Shown piece after piece: positions 52,701 to 64,000 of a stretch of 64,000 nt of DNA. The stretch is from Eledone cirrhosa (lineage: Eukaryota). Every line of letters starts with the position of its first letter. Within the stretch, counting starts at the first letter, position 1. The position numbers were made by a program, and so were the translations under genes. Location of the stretch: contig OZ024741.1 of NCBI GenBank assembly GCA_964016885.1, positions 234,422,001 to 234,486,000 of the forward strand, given 5' to 3'. The notes beneath the pieces are model-generated. The model did no database searches. It was not told the DNA's origin and saw only the letters and a list, made by a program, of their open reading frames with translations.

Positions 52701-55345
52701 AGTGGTCATGTAGTTGTTACAACAGAAAGTGCCCAGTCCACACTGTAAAGTGGTCATGTAGGTGTTACAACAGAAAGTGCCCAGTCCACACTGTAAATTG
52801 GTCATGTAGTTGTTACGACAGAAAGTGCCCAGTCCACACTGTAAAGTGGTCATGTAGTTGTTACGACAGAAAGTGCCCAGTCCACACTGTAAAGTGGTCA
52901 TGTAGTTGTTACGACAGAAAGTGCCCAGTCCACACTGTAAATTGGTCATGTAGTTGTTACGACAGAAAGTGCCCAGTCCACACTGTAAATTGGTCATGTA
53001 GTTGTTACGACAGAAAGTGCCCAGTCCACACTGTAAATTGGTCATGTAGTTGTTACGACAGAAAGTGCCCAGTCCACACTGTAAATTGGTCATGTAGTTG
53101 TTACGACAGAAAGTGCCCAGTCCACAATGTAAATTGGTCATGTAGTTGTTACGACAGAAAGTGCCCAGTCCACACTGTAAAGTGGTCGTGTAGGTGTTAC
53201 AACAGAAACTGCCCAGTCCACACTGTAAAGTGGTCATGTAGTTGTTACAACAGAAAGTGCCCAGTCCACACTGTAAAGTGGTCATGTAGTTGTTACGACA
53301 GAAAGTGCCCAGTCCACACTGTAAAGTGGTCATGTAGTTGTTACGACAGAAAGTGCCCAGTCCACAATGTAAATTGGTCATGTAGTTGTTACGACAGAAA
53401 GTGCCCAGTCCACACTGTAAAGTGGTCGTGTAGTTGTTACGACAGAAAGTGCCCAGTCCACACTGTAAATTGGTCGTGTAGTTGTTACAACAGAAAGTGT
53501 CCAGTCCACACTGTAAATTGGTCGTGTAGTTGTTACGACAGAAAGTGCCCAGTCCACACTGTAAATTGGTCGTGTAGTTGTTACGACAGAAAGTGTCCAG
53601 TCCACACTGTAAATTGGTCGTGTAGTTGTTACGACAGAAAGTGTCCAGTCCACACTGTAAATTGGTCGTGTAGTTGTTACGACAGAAAGTGTCCAGTCCA
53701 CACTGTAAATTGGTCGTGTAGTTGTTACGACAGAAAGTGCCCAGTCCACACTGTAAAGTGGTCGTGTAGTTGTTACGACAGAAAGTGTCCAGTCCACACT
53801 GTAAATTGGTCATGTAGTTGTTACGACAGAAAGTGCCCAGTCCACACTGTAAAGTGGTCGTGTAGTTGTTACGACAGAAAGTGCCCAGTCCACAATGTAA
53901 ATTGGTCATGTAGTTGTTACGACAGAAAGTGCCCAGTCCACACTGTAAAGTGGTCGTGTAGTTGTTACGACAGAAAGTGCCCAGTCCACACTGTAAAGTG
54001 GTCATGTAGTTGTTACGACAGAAAGTGCCCAGTCCACAATGTAAATTGGTCATGTAGTTGTTACGACAGAAAGTGCCCAGTCCACACTGTAAAGTGGTCG
54101 TGTAGTTGTTACGACAGAAAGTGTCCAGTCCACACTGTAAATTGGTCATGTAGTTGTTACGACAGAAAGTGCCCAGTCCACAATGTAAAGTGGTCGTGTA
54201 GTTGTTACGACAGAAAGTGCCCAGTCCACAATGTAAATTGGTCATGTAGTTGTTACGACAGAAAGTGTCCAGTCCACACTGTAAAGTGGTCATGTAGTTG
54301 TTACGACAGAAAGTGCCCAGTCCACACTGTAAAGTGGTCGTGTAGGTGTTACAACAGAAACTGCCCAGTCCACACTGTAAAGTGGTCGTGTAGGTGTTAC
54401 AACAGAAAGTGCCCAGTCCACACTGTAAAGTGGTCATGTAGTTGTTACGACAGAAAGTGTCCAGTCCACACTGTAAAGTGGTCGTGTAGGTGTTACAACA
54501 GAAAGTGCCCAGTCCACACTGTAAAGTGGTCATGTAGTTGTTACAACAGAAAGTGCCCAGTCCACACTGTAAAGTGGTCATGTAGTTGTTACGACAGAAA
54601 GTGTCCAGTCCACACTGTAAAGTGGTCGTGTAGGTGTTACGACAGAAAGTGTCCAGTCCACACTGTAAAGTGGTCGTGTAGGTGTTACGACAGAAAGTGT
54701 CCAGTCCACACTGTAAAGTGGTCGTGTAGGTGTTACGACAGAAAGTGCCCAGTCCACACTGTAAAGTGGTCGTGTAGGTGTTACAACAGAAAGTGTCCAG
54801 TCCACACTGTAAAGTGGTCATGTAGTTGTTACGACAGAAAGTGCCCAGTCCACACTGTAAAGTGGTCGTGTAGGTGTTACGACAGAAAGTGTCCAGTCCA
54901 CACTGTAAAGTGGTCGTGTAGGTGTTACAACAGAAAGTGTCCAGTCCACACTGTAAAGTGGTCATGTAGTTGTTACGACAGAAAGTGCCCAGTCCACAAT
55001 GTAAATTGGTCATGTAGTTGTTACGACAGAAAGTGCCCAGTCCACACTGTAAAGTGGTCATGTAGTTGTTACGACAGAAAGTGCCCAGTCCACACTGTAA
55101 AGTGGTCATGTAGTTGTTACGACAGAAAGTGCCCAGTCCACAATGTAAATTGGTCATGTAGTTGTTACGACAGAAAGTGCCCAGTCCACACTGTAAAGTG
55201 GTCATGTAGTTGTTATGTCAGAAAATGCACAGTCCACACTGTAAAGTGGTCGTGTAGTTGTTACGACAGAAAGTGCGCAGCCTACACTGTAATGTGGTCG
55301 TGTAGGTGACATGACAAAAAGCACCCAGGACACACTGTAAATGTG
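49704..55345 (+). repeat. 48-bp minisatellite, about 115 units, derived from RTE 3' UTR
   Basis: Unit CAGTCCACACTGTAAAGTGGTCATGTAGTTGTTACGACAGAAAGTGCC; runs directly into the GGAAGGGCAGCCAGCTGTAGAAAC tail. Confidence 0.97.
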
Positions 55346-55619
55346 GCTGGCAGTAGGAAGGGCAGCCAGCTGTAGAAACTAAGCCAAAATCTGTCCCAGG
55401 TGAGCTAAACAAGGGTCAGTCCGTCCTACCTATGAATGATGGTCACTAATCAATGAGGTTGATGATATATTTATGTGTGTATATATATGAAGTGTGTATG
55501 TATATGTATGATATGTGTATGTATATTACATATATGGTATATGTATATGCAAGCAAATATATATATATATGTGTATATCATTATCATGTTATGTGCATGT
55601 ATATATATATATATATTAT

Positions 55620-55876
55620 ACTGGTACCACAAAACATCCAGCCCACACTGTAAAGTGATCGTGTAGGTGTCATGACAAAAAGCACCCAGCCCACACTGTA
55701 AAGTGGATGTGTAAAAGACACGGCAAAAAGAACCCAGCACGTGGTTGACGTTAGGAAGGGCATCCTGCTGTAGAAAGCCAACCAGAAACTCTCCTATATG
55801 AGCGAGACATGGTCACCTGATCCCAAAGCCGTCTAACCCATGCTAGCATGGAAAATAGACGTTAATCGATGATGAT
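55620..55876 (+). mobile_element. RTE-type 3' UTR with 2-3 diverged 48-bp units
   Basis: CAGCCCACACTGTAAAGTG twice, 48 bp apart, then the common tail. Confidence 0.8.
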
Positions 55877-56058
55877 ATATATGTATATATATTTATGTGT
55901 ATATATGTATGTATATATGTGTATATATATTGTATATGTGTATATATATATATAATTGGTGTTGGATGCTTAAAGTGTCCGTATGCAGTAGACCGTTTGA
56001 GCACTCGATGCTCTCATAGAGCAGAGTCTGTGATATATATATATTGTATATGTGTATT

Positions 56059-56853
56059 CCCTCCGGGGAAACTCTCGTGGCATCTAACAACATCAGAGAC
56101 TTGGGAGTAACCGTGGACAGCAACATAAGCTGGACCACGCATATAAGCAGCAAAGTTGACATGGCCCGCAGAATGTGTTCCTGGATCCTCAGAACCTTCC
56201 AGTCGAGAGATTCCCACACCATTATCCTTCTCTTCTCTACTTTCGGCCGACCACACCTTGAATACTGTTGTCCACTGTGGTCTCCCCACACGAAACAAAG
56301 TATCATGAAACTTGAAGCTCCTCAAAGGGCAATCACGAAAAAGATAGATGGCATGTCAGACCTTGACTACTGGGGTCGATTAGAAAACCTGAAACTTTAC
56401 TCACTCCAACGTCGCCGTGAGCGTTATATTATCTGCATGATGTGGAAAATGTTCCATCATCACTGCCCAAATGATGTTGGCATCGCCTTCAAGATACACC
56501 CAAGGCTTGAGCCCCGTGCTATCCGTCCCATTAAAAAATCTAAATCGCAACTCATAACAACAATACGGCACAATTATTTCACCTCAATCGGCCCTGCTCT
56601 CTTCAACATCACACCAGGACACGTCAAAACAGAAACTGACCACACAAAATTCAAGAAGTCTTTGGACAAATTTCTCCAAGTAATCCCGGACAAACCACCC
56701 ACACCCGGATATGTCTCCGCAAACAGTAATTCTCTTCTCGAATGGGCCATGGTGCCCAAATCCTGAATTGAAAGACTTCGCCAGGTGGTGCTATTAAGTT
56801 AGACATGGCCTGGGCCAATACTGGCCAAAACATTTCAAAGTTATTCAAAGTTA
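56059..56853 (+). mobile_element. CR1-clade LINE 3' fragment (second family)
   Basis: IRDLGVTVD, RPHLEYCCPLWSPH, LYSLQRRRER, IPDKP; tail TTCAAAGTTA twice. Confidence 0.88.
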
Positions 56854-56890
56854 TATATTGTATATATATGTATATGTGTATATATATATA

Positions 56891-59800
56891 TCATCATCAT
56901 CATCATCATCACCGTTTTACGTCCGTTCTTCCACGCTAGCATGGGTTAGACGGGTTGTCCTGTTGTGGGCAGTGTCTGGTCGGCTGACCATGCCTTGCTC
57001 ATACAGGAACTGATCTGGCTTGATTTCTACAGCTGGATGCCCTTCCTAACACCAACCTCATTTACAGTGAGTGCTGGGTGCTTTTTCGTGGCGCCTACAC
57101 GTCCACTTTACAGTGTGGGCTGGGTGCTTTTTTGCCGTGGCACCTCCACGACCACCTTGCGGTGGGGGGGGGGGGGCATATTGTTTATATGCTTCAGCAT
57201 GTACCCATGGGAGGTCGGGTACCCTGTATTACTGCGTGACGCCAGAAGTCACGGTCGTGTGTCATTGACTTTGAGAGGTGTAGTTGGGTAAGGTCGGCTT
57301 TTATCACCTCATCCCAAGTCATCTTGGGTCTCCCCACTCCGCGGTTTCCATCAACTTCTAGTGCTCTGCACCTTTTTATGCAGCTGTCATCCTTCATACG
57401 CATCACATGTCCATACCAGCGTAACCGCCTCTCCTGCACGCAGCGTTTGATTCCTCTTATGCTCAGTCTCTCTCTCAATTCATTTATGCTTTGTCGTTCA
57501 CGTATATTACTGTTACACATCCATCGGAGCATGCAGGCTTCGTTTCTCTCTAATCTACGTAAGTCTTCCACCTTCAGCGCCCAGGTCTCACTACCATGCA
57601 ACATCGCTGTTCGGATACACGCATCATACAGTCTGCCTTTCATTCTGAGGGAGAAGCCTTTTGCAGCTAGCAGTGGTAGTAGTTCCCTAAACTTCTTCCA
57701 TCCCGTTCTTACCCTAGTTATTGTACTTTCTGAGCACCCACCTCCGTTGCTAATTCGGTCACCTAGGTAGCAGAAGCTGTCTACTGTTTCTACAGGGCCC
57801 TCCCAGAGATTGGTGGTACTTGTTTCCTGTGGCTGTTTGCTTGCTGTTTCAGCACAGCTGCTGCATGTGAATCCTACATTCTTAATTAAGCTTCCTGAGA
57901 TCCCGCTACATCTCTTGTGTACCCATTGTTTGCATTTGGGGCAAAGAATGGAGTTCCTACCTACACCTTTCCTACATACTGAGCAAGGCCATTTCCCTGA
58001 GGGGATCTGGGTTCTGTTTTCTCGTCTACTTACAAGGACCTTAGTCTTTGTCATGTTGACTTTGAGGCCCTTTCTCTCTAGTCCCTGCTTCCAGGTTTGG
58101 AATTTATTCTCTAGTTCTACCATAGATTCAGCTATGAGTGCGAGGTCATCAGCATACAGGAGTTCCCATGGGCATCCGGTCTTAAACTCCTCCGTTATTG
58201 CCTGCAGGACTATGATGAACAGGAGAGGGCTAAGAACAGAGCCCTGGTGGACCCCAACCTGTACGCTAAATTCCTCGCTATACTCATTGCCAATCCTAAC
58301 TTTGCTGACTGCTCCCCTATACATGGCTTGTACCGCTTTCACAAGCCATTCATCTACTCCTAGTTTTCTAAGAGCCCACCAGATTACTGCACGTGGAACT
58401 CTGTCAAAGGCTTTCTCAAGGTCGACAAATGCCAAGTAGAGTGGCTTACTTTTAGCTAGGTACTTTTCCTGTAATTGCCTCACAAGGAAGAGCGCATCAG
58501 TGGTGCCTTTCCCTGGAACAAACCCAAATTGCATCTCGTCTATATTCACCCGGTCCCTAGTCAGCTGTGCTATAACTCTTTCTGTTACTTTCATGACCTG
58601 GTCCATCAACTTTATACCTCTATAGTTTCCTCTATCTAGTGCATCGCCTTTACCTTTGTAGCAGTTGACAATGATGCTACTGCACCAATCTTTTGGTATG
58701 GCCCCCTCTAGTATTACCTGGTTAACGATACGTGTGGTTATAGTGTGACCTACAGACCCAGATGCCTTCAGCATCTCGGCAGCTATACCCGATGGACCGG
58801 TTGCCTTCCCTATCTTCATATCTCTGATTGCCTTACTTACTACGCTGCCGCTGACTTGTACTGCTGGTCCCTCTATAGGGTCTACGTGGGGTAGGGTCTC
58901 TTCTTCCCATGCATTCTCCTCATTTAGTAATCTATCATAATGACTCTTCCATGCATCTTTCTTCTCAGCACTTGTGAGGGCAAGCTCACCTTTATCATTC
59001 CGGATACACTTCTCTCCAATGACATCACAACTATCTCTGACACACTGCCTCGCAATCTTGAATACCTCCTGTTTCTGGTCCTCACGTTGTAAAACATGCT
59101 TGAATTTTCTATCCTCTGCTTCCCTCCTAGCTAAGTATACTTGTCGCCTAGCTTCCCTCTTGGTCTCTATGTAATGTACCCTGCTCCCCCCGTTCTTCCA
59201 TTCTTTCCATGCCTGTCTCTTGGCCTTGACTGCTTCATCTACCTTATTGTTCCACCACCAAGTCACTCTCCTCCTGCTTGAGGTCTTACTCCAGCCACAA
59301 ACCTCATCCGTCGCCTCTAGTAAGTTATTTTTTAGGAACTCCCAGTTCTCTTCTACGTTAAATGTCTCTATCTGTTCTTCTTTACTGTCGTAGGCGTTGA
59401 GTAAAATATCTTTAAATCTGTTACTGGTTGAGGGGACTTTCAGCTTCCAGATCTTTCTTCTCCAGGTTGGCCTCTGTTTCAGGGCTCGTCTAGTTCTGAC
59501 CGTGAGGTCGCTGACAACTAAGCTATGTTGGGATGTACATTCCTCACTAGGGAAGGCTTTTGTGTTTACGACCGTCCATCTGTCACGTCCTCTGATGAGG
59601 ATAAAATCTAACTGACTAGAGTGCTCCCCTGATCTATAGGTGATCAGGTGGTTGTCGGGTTTTTTAAAGTTTGTGTTACATATCGACATGTCATTGGCGT
59701 CGCAGAATTCTAGAAGTCTGAATCCTTCCTCATTCCTTGTGCCAACTCCATGGCCTCCATGTACTCTATTGAAGCCGTCGCAGTGTTTACCTACGTGTCC

Positions 59801-59923
59801 GTTAAAATCTCCTGCAATGATTAGGAAGTCCTTGTCGTCTGTTAGAGCAGTAGTGTGTATTAGGGACTCGTAAAACCTATCCTTAAGTTCGTCTGGCAGC
59901 CCCGATTGGGGTGCGTAAGCTGA
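56891..59923 (-). mobile_element. Young RTE LINE (family C), 5'-truncated
   Basis: Tail (GAT)n at 56891; ORF open up to the TA tract at 59923. Confidence 0.95.
57194..59923 (-). CDS. RTE ORF: partial APE endonuclease, RT and PHD-like finger (about 910 codons, start missing)
   Basis: 831-aa ORF extends 78 codons upstream in frame (SAYAPQ..GDFNGHVG); FVDLEKAFD, HQGSVLSP, YADD. Confidence 0.9.
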   Translation of the reverse strand, partial: SAYAPQSGLPDELKDRFYESLIHTTALTDDKDFLIIAGDFNGHVGKHCDGFNRVHGGHGVGTRNEEGFRLLEFCDANDMSICNTNFKKPDNHLITYRSGEHSSQLDFILIRGRDRWTVVNTKAFPSEECTSQHSLVVSDLTVRTRRALKQRPTWRRKIWKLKVPSTSNRFKDILLNAYDSKEEQIETFNVEENWEFLKNNLLEATDEVCGWSKTSSRRRVTWWWNNKVDEAVKAKRQAWKEWKNGGSRVHYIETKREARRQVYLARREAEDRKFKHVLQREDQKQEVFKIARQCVRDSCDVIGEKCIRNDKGELALTSAEKKDAWKSHYDRLLNEENAWEEETLPHVDPIEGPAVQVSGSVVSKAIRDMKIGKATGPSGIAAEMLKASGSVGHTITTRIVNQVILEGAIPKDWCSSIIVNCYKGKGDALDRGNYRGIKLMDQVMKVTERVIAQLTRDRVNIDEMQFGFVPGKGTTDALFLVRQLQEKYLAKSKPLYLAFVDLEKAFDRVPRAVIWWALRKLGVDEWLVKAVQAMYRGAVSKVRIGNEYSEEFSVQVGVHQGSVLSPLLFIIVLQAITEEFKTGCPWELLYADDLALIAESMVELENKFQTWKQGLERKGLKVNMTKTKVLVSRRENRTQIPSGKWPCSVCRKGVGRNSILCPKCKQWVHKRCSGISGSLIKNVGFTCSSCAETASKQPQETSTTNLWEGPVETVDSFCYLGDRISNGGGCSESTITRVRTGWKKFRELLPLLAAKGFSLRMKGRLYDACIRTAMLHGSETWALKVEDLRRLERNEACMLRWMCNSNIRERQSINELRERLSIRGIKRCVQERRLRWYGHVMRMKDDSCIKRCRALEVDGNRGVGRPKMTWDEVIKADLTQLHLSKSMTHDRDFWRHAVIQGTRPPMGTC

Positions 59924-60754
59924 TATATATGTATTGTGATATATATGTATTGTGTATATATATATATGTATTGTGATATATATGTATTGTGTATATATAT
60001 ATATGTATTGTATATATATATATATATGTATTGTATATCTCTCTCTATATATATATATATATGTATTGTATATCTATATATATATGTATATATTATATAT
60101 TGTATATATATGTATTGTATATATATATATATGTATTGTATATCTATATATATATATATATATGAACCAGTAAGACCCCGACAGCTGAGCTCAAGCCGTC
60201 TCGACGGCTAATTCTGGTTCCTATTACCCACTCTACTACCTCAAGTATTGAGTACTTTGGTGCATTATGGTCCACCTGGTTCCTTACCACATTTCCTTCG
60301 TTATATATATATATATATATATGTATTGTATATATATATATATATATGTATATATTATATATTGTATATATATATATATGTATATATATATTGTATATAT
60401 ATGTATATGTATATATATATATATGTATTGTATATATATATATGTAAATATATATGTATATGTATATGTATAAGTATAAATATATATATATGTAAATATA
60501 TATGTATATATATATATATGTATATATATATGTATATATATATGTATATATATATCGGTACATATATATATGTATATGTATATATATATGTATATATATA
60601 TATGTACATATATATATATATACATATATATACATATATATGTACATATATATATATATATGTATATATATATGCATATATGTATATGCATATATGTATA
60701 TATATATATTGTATATGTATATATATATATTGTATATGTATATATATATATGTG

Positions 60755-60799
<45 letters not shown>

Positions 60800-61047
60800 T
60801 GTATATGTATATATATATTGTATATATGTATATATATATTGTATATATATATATATGTATATATATATATTGTATATATATATTGTATACATATATATAT
60901 ATATATGTATATATATATTGTATATATATATTGTATGTATATATATATTGTATGTATATATATATTGTGTATATATATATTGTATGTATATATATATTGT
61001 ATGTATATATATATTGTGTATATATATATATATGTATATATATATTG

Positions 61048-61080
<33 letters not shown>

Positions 61081-61097
61081 TGTATATATTTATGTAT
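59924..61097. repeat. (TA)n-rich microsatellite with an embedded short element (60164-60302)
   Basis: Direct reading; element homologous to 12960-13140. Confidence 0.9.
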
Positions 61098-61179
61098 ATC
61101 ATCATCTTCGTTTAACGTCCGTTTTCCACGCTAGCATGGGTTAGACGTATATGTATATATATATTGTATATATTATATA

Positions 61180-61380
61180 CTAGACTGCCCATCACCCATT
61201 TGGTCACGGTCACTTCAAAATATATTTTTTAAATCATGTTCACTTAGAATATACACAGACATGTATATAATGTGAAATGAAACTGGAAGGCCCATATATA
61301 TACATGTGTGTATGTATGCATATATATACGTGTGTGTATGTATGTGTATATATATAAATGTGTGTATTTGTATACATATA

Positions 61381-61412
<32 letters not shown>

Positions 61413-61802
61413 CTGTAATCTATATACCCTAGTTATAGACACACACATACACACACACTCATATATATATATACACAACAACACCACCAGCTCTCTCTCT
61501 CTCTCTTTTCCATTCTCCTCTGTCCTCTCTCTCTATGTCTCTCTTTCAATCTACTCTCCCACAACCACTATCTCTTTCTCTCTATCCTTCTCTCTCTCTG
61601 TTTATGAAGGTACCCAGAAAACTCCATATCCTGGGAACCCGGGCTCCGATTTACACGAAACTTGTTTTATTCCATTTGTATTTCCATTTAAGGGGCAATT
61701 TCCTTTCAAAGTATTTTCCCATTATGTACCGTTTTGGTTGTATTACATTACAGACAAGCAAGCAAGCAAGCAAGCAATCACAGACTTTTAGTAATATATA
61801 GA
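61180..61802 (-). mobile_element. Non-autonomous Helitron, 623 bp
   Basis: Minus: A|TCTATATATTACTAAAAG, (TTGC)n, subterminal hairpin CCGTGACC-AAATG-GGTGATGG, CTAG|T; no TSD. Confidence 0.72.
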
Positions 61803-61833
61803 TAATGTAATTGTATATACGCATATATATATA

Positions 61834-62305
61834 TACGTCCGCTCTTCCCTGCCCGCAAGGGTGGGACGGGTCTTATTCAGCACAGCATCTCTCCACTCGT
61901 CACAGTCCTTCGTCATCACCACCTCCGCCCATGTTTTTCGTGGTCTACCTCTCCCACGTCTTCCTTCAACTGGCATTTCCTGGCACTTCTTCACCCATCG
62001 GTCATCCTCCATGCGCATCACATGTCCATACCACACACAGTCTCCTCTCTCGCACACTACATTCTATCCCTCTCAGACACAGTTTCTCTCTCAACACATT
62101 CATGCTGGGTCGTTCACGCACATTGACACTGCACATCCAACGGAGCATGCTTGCCTCATTTCTCTCCAGCCGTCGCATATCCTCTGCAGTTGCTACCCAT
62201 GTTTCACTACCAGGCAGCATCACGCTCCTCACACAGGCATCATACAAACCGGCCTTTCGTATGCAGGGAGAAACCCTTCTTTGTCAGCAGAAGAATCAGC
62301 TCCCT
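61834..62305 (-). mobile_element. RTE family A 3' fragment
   Basis: [34 protein letters not shown]. Confidence 0.88.
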
Positions 62306-62745
62306 CAACAAAAACAACAACTACAATAACAACGACAGCAACAACAACTGCCACCACCATCACTGACCATCCACCACCACCACCATCAACATACTGACAC
62401 CATCCACCACCTTCACCACCACCACGACCACCATCACTGCCACTATACACCACCACCGCCATCCACCACCACCATCACTGGCACCATCCACCACCACCCG
62501 CCATCACCACCATCCACCGACCCCATCCACCGACCCCATCCACCACCTTCACGCACCACCACTACTACCCCCACCACCATCACTAGCACCATCCACCACC
62601 ACCACCACCATCGGTCACCATCCACCACCACCACCATCACTGACAACATCCACCATCTCCACCACTACCATCACCACCACCATCACTGACACCATCCACC
62701 ACCATCACCATGACTGACACCATCCACCACCACCACCACCATTAC
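62306..62745. repeat. (CAA)n/(CAC)n low-complexity tract
   Basis: Direct reading. Confidence 0.9.
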
Positions 62746-63177
62746 CAGTGTAAAGCAAACAATTATTATTATTATATAAAAACTGAACTAGACTGGGATA
62801 TTGCAACAGTTGACATGATTTTGATTTTCTATCAATACTGCCGGTAATATATATATATATATGTGTGTGTGTTTGTATGCATGAATGATGTTGGTGTGTG
62901 AGTGGTGTGTGTGTTTGTAGTTTGTATGCATGAGTGTTGGTGTGTGAGTGTGTGTGTGTTGTGTCAATAAGTGTTTTTTTTTTTTATGACCATGCTGTAA
63001 AATGGAGGGGTAGAGAGGGCCCTTGAGTCTAGTAAGACATCCTCTCTAGTGCAGGTGGCACAAATAAAAGCACCCAGTCCAGGCTGTAAAGTGGCACTGG
63101 TGTTAGAAAGGGCATTCAACCAGTGTATCAATGGCAAAACGCTTATCAGCACAGCAACAAATAGGAACAACAACAAA

Positions 63178-63354
63178 TGTATATATGTATATATGTATAT
63201 GTATATATATATATATGTATATATATATATGTGTGTATATATATCATATATATATATATATATATGTATAATATGTATATATTGTATATGTATATATGTA
63301 TATATATATATATGTGTGTATATATATATGTATATATATATATGTATGTATATA

Positions 63355-63387
<33 letters not shown>

Positions 63388-63610
63388 ATATGTATGTATA
63401 TATATATATATGTAAATATATATGTATATATATATGTATATATATATATGTATATATATATATGTATATATATGTATATATATATGTATATATATATATA
63501 TGTATATATATATGTATATATATATATATGTAAATATATATGTATATATATATGTATATATATATATGTATATATATGTATATATATATATGTATATATA
63601 TGTATATATG

Positions 63611-63643
<33 letters not shown>

Positions 63644-63795
63644 GTATATATATATATGTATATATATATATGTATATATGTATATATGTATATATATGTA
63701 TATATTGTATATATATGTATATATGTATATATATGTATATATGTATATATATGTATATATGTATATATATATATATATGTATATATGTATATATG

Positions 63796-63864
<69 letters not shown>

Positions 63865-63935
63865 GTATAATATGCATATATATGTATATATATATATATA
63901 TGTATCTATATATATATATATCTATATATAATATG
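63178..63935. repeat. (TA)n/(TATG)n microsatellite
   Basis: Direct reading. Confidence 0.95.
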
Positions 63936-64000
63936 TATCTTAAATGTAAGTATGCATGTATACGTACATACATATATGTATACAGACGTACAGTAGCATG

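Noticed and set aside
49704-55345. CRISPR-like array
   Set aside because: Contiguous tandem units with no unique spacers and no cas genes; eukaryotic context
57324-59873. Plus-strand ORFs over RTE copies
   Set aside because: Antisense shadows of the RTE reading frame

Overview
AT-rich, repeat-saturated eukaryotic DNA with no recognisable host protein-coding gene. The RTE LINEs, CORE-type and Meta-type tRNA SINEs and very long (TA)n/(TATG)n tracts suggest a cephalopod (octopus-like) genome; this is an inference. Nearly all long ORFs in the track are microsatellite artefacts or LINE fragments. Supported content: at least 4 RTE LINE lineages (one copy has about 910 open codons with a PHD-type finger after the RT core), two CR1-clade fragments, several Penelope-like (GIY-YIG) fragments, two SINE families, piggyBac-like and hAT-like MITEs, a non-autonomous Helitron, and a 5.6-kb 48-bp minisatellite grown out of an RTE 3' UTR. 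The most interesting signal is about 10 minimal type I hammerhead ribozyme motifs, found by eye, in unrelated short repeats. These include a compensatory U3-A8 core variant and recurrent U.U or U-A pairs at the base of stem II. Two sit in 316-bp and 482-bp head-to-tail monomers (retrozyme-like). Many hosts occur as fold-back inverted copies beside (TA)n tracts, and several short repeats share an ACTC...GTAT(G/T)GAGT hairpin near their (TA)n junction. This suggests a diverse set of ribozyme-bearing non-autonomous elements mobilised by Penelope-like retrotransposons. All folds were done manually and no activity has been tested.
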